Below are positions 61,859-64,000 of a stretch of DNA of 64,000 nucleotides, piece by piece; positions within the stretch are counted from its first letter, which is position 1; every line of letters begins with the position of its first letter. Made by a program: the position numbers and the translations under genes. The DNA comes from an uncultured Actinomycetota bacterium. GTDB lineage: Bacteria; Actinomycetota; Actinomycetes; JAFAQI01. The DNA is taken from contig CAVYQE010000011.1 in assembly GCA_963770565.1 (NCBI GenBank), forward strand, positions 416,001-480,000, written 5' to 3'. The notes below the pieces were generated by a model that did no database searches, was not told the origin of the DNA, and saw only the letters and a program-made list of their open reading frames with translations.

Positions 61859-63230
61859 TCAGGCGTTGGTCGGCAGCAGTTCTCCGGTCAGCGGGACTGC
61901 GTTGTTGCCTGAGTTGTCGACGACCTGCATCTCGTACGGGAAGGCGCCGGTGCCCTTCTTCCACTGTGCGCCGACTGGGTGGAGGATCGCGACACCGGGA
62001 ACCGGTCCGGCCGCGAAGTTGAGCGGGCCGCACATTCCCGTGTAGTTCATCGAACGGAGCTTGGCCGCGACCTGGGTGACGTTGTGCGGGTCGCTGACCG
62101 ACGTGAACGCGTTGTACGCGACCTCGAACAGCGAGTACGTGCTGCCCAGGGCCTGGACCCATTGCTTGTTGTTCGCGCTGGTGAAGGCATCACCTAGTTC
62201 CTTCGAGGTCATCCCGTCGAGCGAGCTCTTGTACGGGTGATCCGGGGTCCACCAGGCGTCGGTTGCGACATTGATGACGAGGTCGCCGAGCGCCGTGCAG
62301 TCCGCAGGGAAGAGCAGCACCTTTGCGACCGTCGCCAGCTTCGGCTTGTAGCCCTGCTGCGCCGCTTGCTTCCAGAACACGTTGAAGTCCGGTGGAAGGG
62401 GAGCGTTGCTGTAGATGTCGCACTTCTTGCTCTTGAACTTGGCGATCATCGATGTGTAGTCGGTCTGCCCGTCGGTGTAGGCCCCGCCGTCAACGGTCTT
62501 GTAGTGCGCCTTGTGCATCAACGGCGGGAACCCGGATCGGAAGGCGTTGCCATCGGGGTCATTGGGATACATCAGCGCGACCGTCTTGTCGTTGCTGATC
62601 CGGTTCCACATCGGGATGAAAGTCGTCCCGAACTCCGGAATGCCGAAGAAGAACATCGTGGTGTAGGTGAACGTCGTACCGGGCTTGGCTCCACGGCCGA
62701 AGTACCACGACTCCCACGGCACGACCGTCGACACACAGGGCACGTGCTGTGCCTCGCAGACGGACGCCACCGGGTTGGTCACCTCGGGTGTCGACGTGAC
62801 CAGCACCATGTCCGCGTGGTTCTGGGTGATCAGCTGCCTGGCTACCTGCGACGCCCGGTTCGGGTCGGACTGGCTGTCCGCGACCACGATCTTGACCGGG
62901 TAGGTCGTGGAGCCGATCTTGAAGCCCTTTCGTGTACTGCGTGGTCTTGCGGATCGTGTCGACGACGAACTGGTCGCTGGTGGCAAAACCGGCGAGCGGG
63001 CCGGTCAGCGGGGTGACGAAACCGATCGTGATCGTCTTTCCGTTGGAGGACGAGGAGTTATTGCCTTTGAGGCTCGAGGAGCATGCGTCGAGGAAGGACC
63101 CACCGCCCAGGAGGGTCGCACCGGCACCGATACCGCGCAGCAAGGTACGGCGACTGAGCGGTGTGTTGAGTGGACCGTCGATCGGACTTGGAGTGCGCTC
63201 AGAGATGTCCTTGCTGCCGCCATCTGCCAT
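61859..63230 (-). pseudogene. HAAT ABC substrate-binding Tat lipoprotein split by a 1-nt frameshift (real or sequencing error)
   Basis: SRRTLL..LDAC and IGFVTPLTGPLAGF in one frame; GFKIG..DSQSDP onward in another; junction at TTT 62928-62930. Confidence 0.8.
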
Positions 63231-63291
63231 GGCTTGACTCCCATTCCCTGCCCGGCGCCCTCGGTGTTTTGGCCAACGGCCAAACGACCGA

Positions 63292-63306
63292 GTTCGCAAT
63301 GCGAAC
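63292..63306. promoter_or_regulatory. IclR/PcaR-type operator
   Basis: GTTCGCA-A-TGCGAAC perfect inverted repeat downstream of a minus-strand TTGACA-N17-GAAAGT promoter. Confidence 0.65.
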
Positions 63307-63454
63307 GAGTGTCCGCGTGCTGGGTCACACTTTCGACGGTGCTGCGAGGCCTGTCAAGGATCGCGGGGTCACGAACGAATTTCGGTGTCACCGGGCCCGG
63401 TGCGCACAGTCCTTCCAGCCCGCGCCGGGCTGACTCCGCTCGCGTGCTCCTTGC

Positions 63455-63826
63455 TCAGTCCGCCAGCGCGCTCTGTGCGACGCGAAACGCGGTGTTCGCC
63501 GCAGGAACACCGGCGTAGACCGCGGTATGCAGCAAGACTTCCGTGATTTCTGCCGCGGTGACGCCAACCCGCAACGCGGCCTTGATGTGCAGCGCGAGCT
63601 CCTCCTGATGGCCAAGCGTCGCCAGCAGCGCGATGGTCAGACAGCTGCGGGTTCGCCGATCCAAACCCGGGCGCTGCCAGACGTCGCCCCACGCGATCCG
63701 GGTGATGAAGTCCTGGAAGTCCGCGGTGAGCTCAGTCGTTGCCGCGACGGCTCGGTCGACATGCTCGTCACCCAGCACCTCGCGCCGGGTCTGCAGACCG
63801 GATTGGCGCCGCTCGTCGTCGTCCAT
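63455..63826 (-). CDS. pcaC: 4-carboxymuconolactone decarboxylase
   Basis: G...RREVLGD.HVD, FQDFIT..AWG..W.RPGL, AVYAGVPAAN. Confidence 0.92.
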   Translation of the reverse strand: MDDDERRQSGLQTRREVLGDEHVDRAVAATTELTADFQDFITRIAWGDVWQRPGLDRRTRSCLTIALLATLGHQEELALHIKAALRVGVTAAEITEVLLHTAVYAGVPAANTAFRVAQSALAD

Positions 63827-63828
63827 GG

Positions 63829-64000
63829 TCAGTCCCCTTCGAAGTGCTCGAGGAGCAAGGTGGTGATCCGCTCGGGTCGTTCGACGTTCGCCAGGTGGGC
63901 AGCCGGCTCGACGAGGCACAGTCGGGCGCCGGCGACCGAGGCGACAATCGACTCCAGGTGAGCAGGGGGGATGGCGGCGTCATCGGCCGCGGCGATCGCG
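63829..64000 (-). CDS. pcaD: C-terminus of alpha/beta hydrolase, probable 3-oxoadipate enol-lactonase (truncated by window)
   Basis: Hand translation ..DDAAIPPAH..AAHLANVERPE..EHFEGD*; directly upstream of pcaC. Confidence 0.75.
   Translation of the reverse strand, partial: AIAAADDAAIPPAHLESIVASVAGARLCLVEPAAHLANVERPERITTLLLEHFEGD

Noticed and set aside
62925-62935. Programmed frameshift at CGA-AAG
   Set aside because: That motif drives -1 shifts and lies in the downstream frame; joining these ORFs needs +1, and no stimulator was seen

Overview
High-GC actinobacterial chromosomal window; the gene order suggests a Frankia/Acidothermus-like lineage (inference). It carries the conserved backbone leuS-comEA-comEC-holA-rpsT-lepA-hemW-hrcA-dnaJ-rsmE-HIT-phoH-ybeY-corC-era-recO-uppS-glyQS-ppdK-dgt-dnaG-tRNA-Asn-tRNA-Ile2. 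Accessory insertions include a sulfur-handling cassette, an ECF sigma/anti-sigma pair, a sedolisin, a GGDEF-PAS-HD-GYP protein, a P450, an ApbE/ferric-reductase module and a pca-linked ABC importer. No CRISPR array, integrase or classical IS was seen. The strongest unexplained signals are non-coding. (1) A fixed-geometry motif, TCCAC[A/C]G 44 nt before a -10-like hexamer and a leaderless ATG, is shared by comEA, comEC, an AbiEi/DUF559-like nuclease gene and an unannotated 25-aa ORF. (2) That nuclease gene is bracketed by two inverted, covarying 46-bp hairpins, and other REP-like hairpin families occur in the window. (3) A Leu-leader attenuator precedes leuS. (4) A Ser-rich TSGGS peptide is coupled to a signal-less ApbE. 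All product calls come from motif recognition by eye, not database searches.
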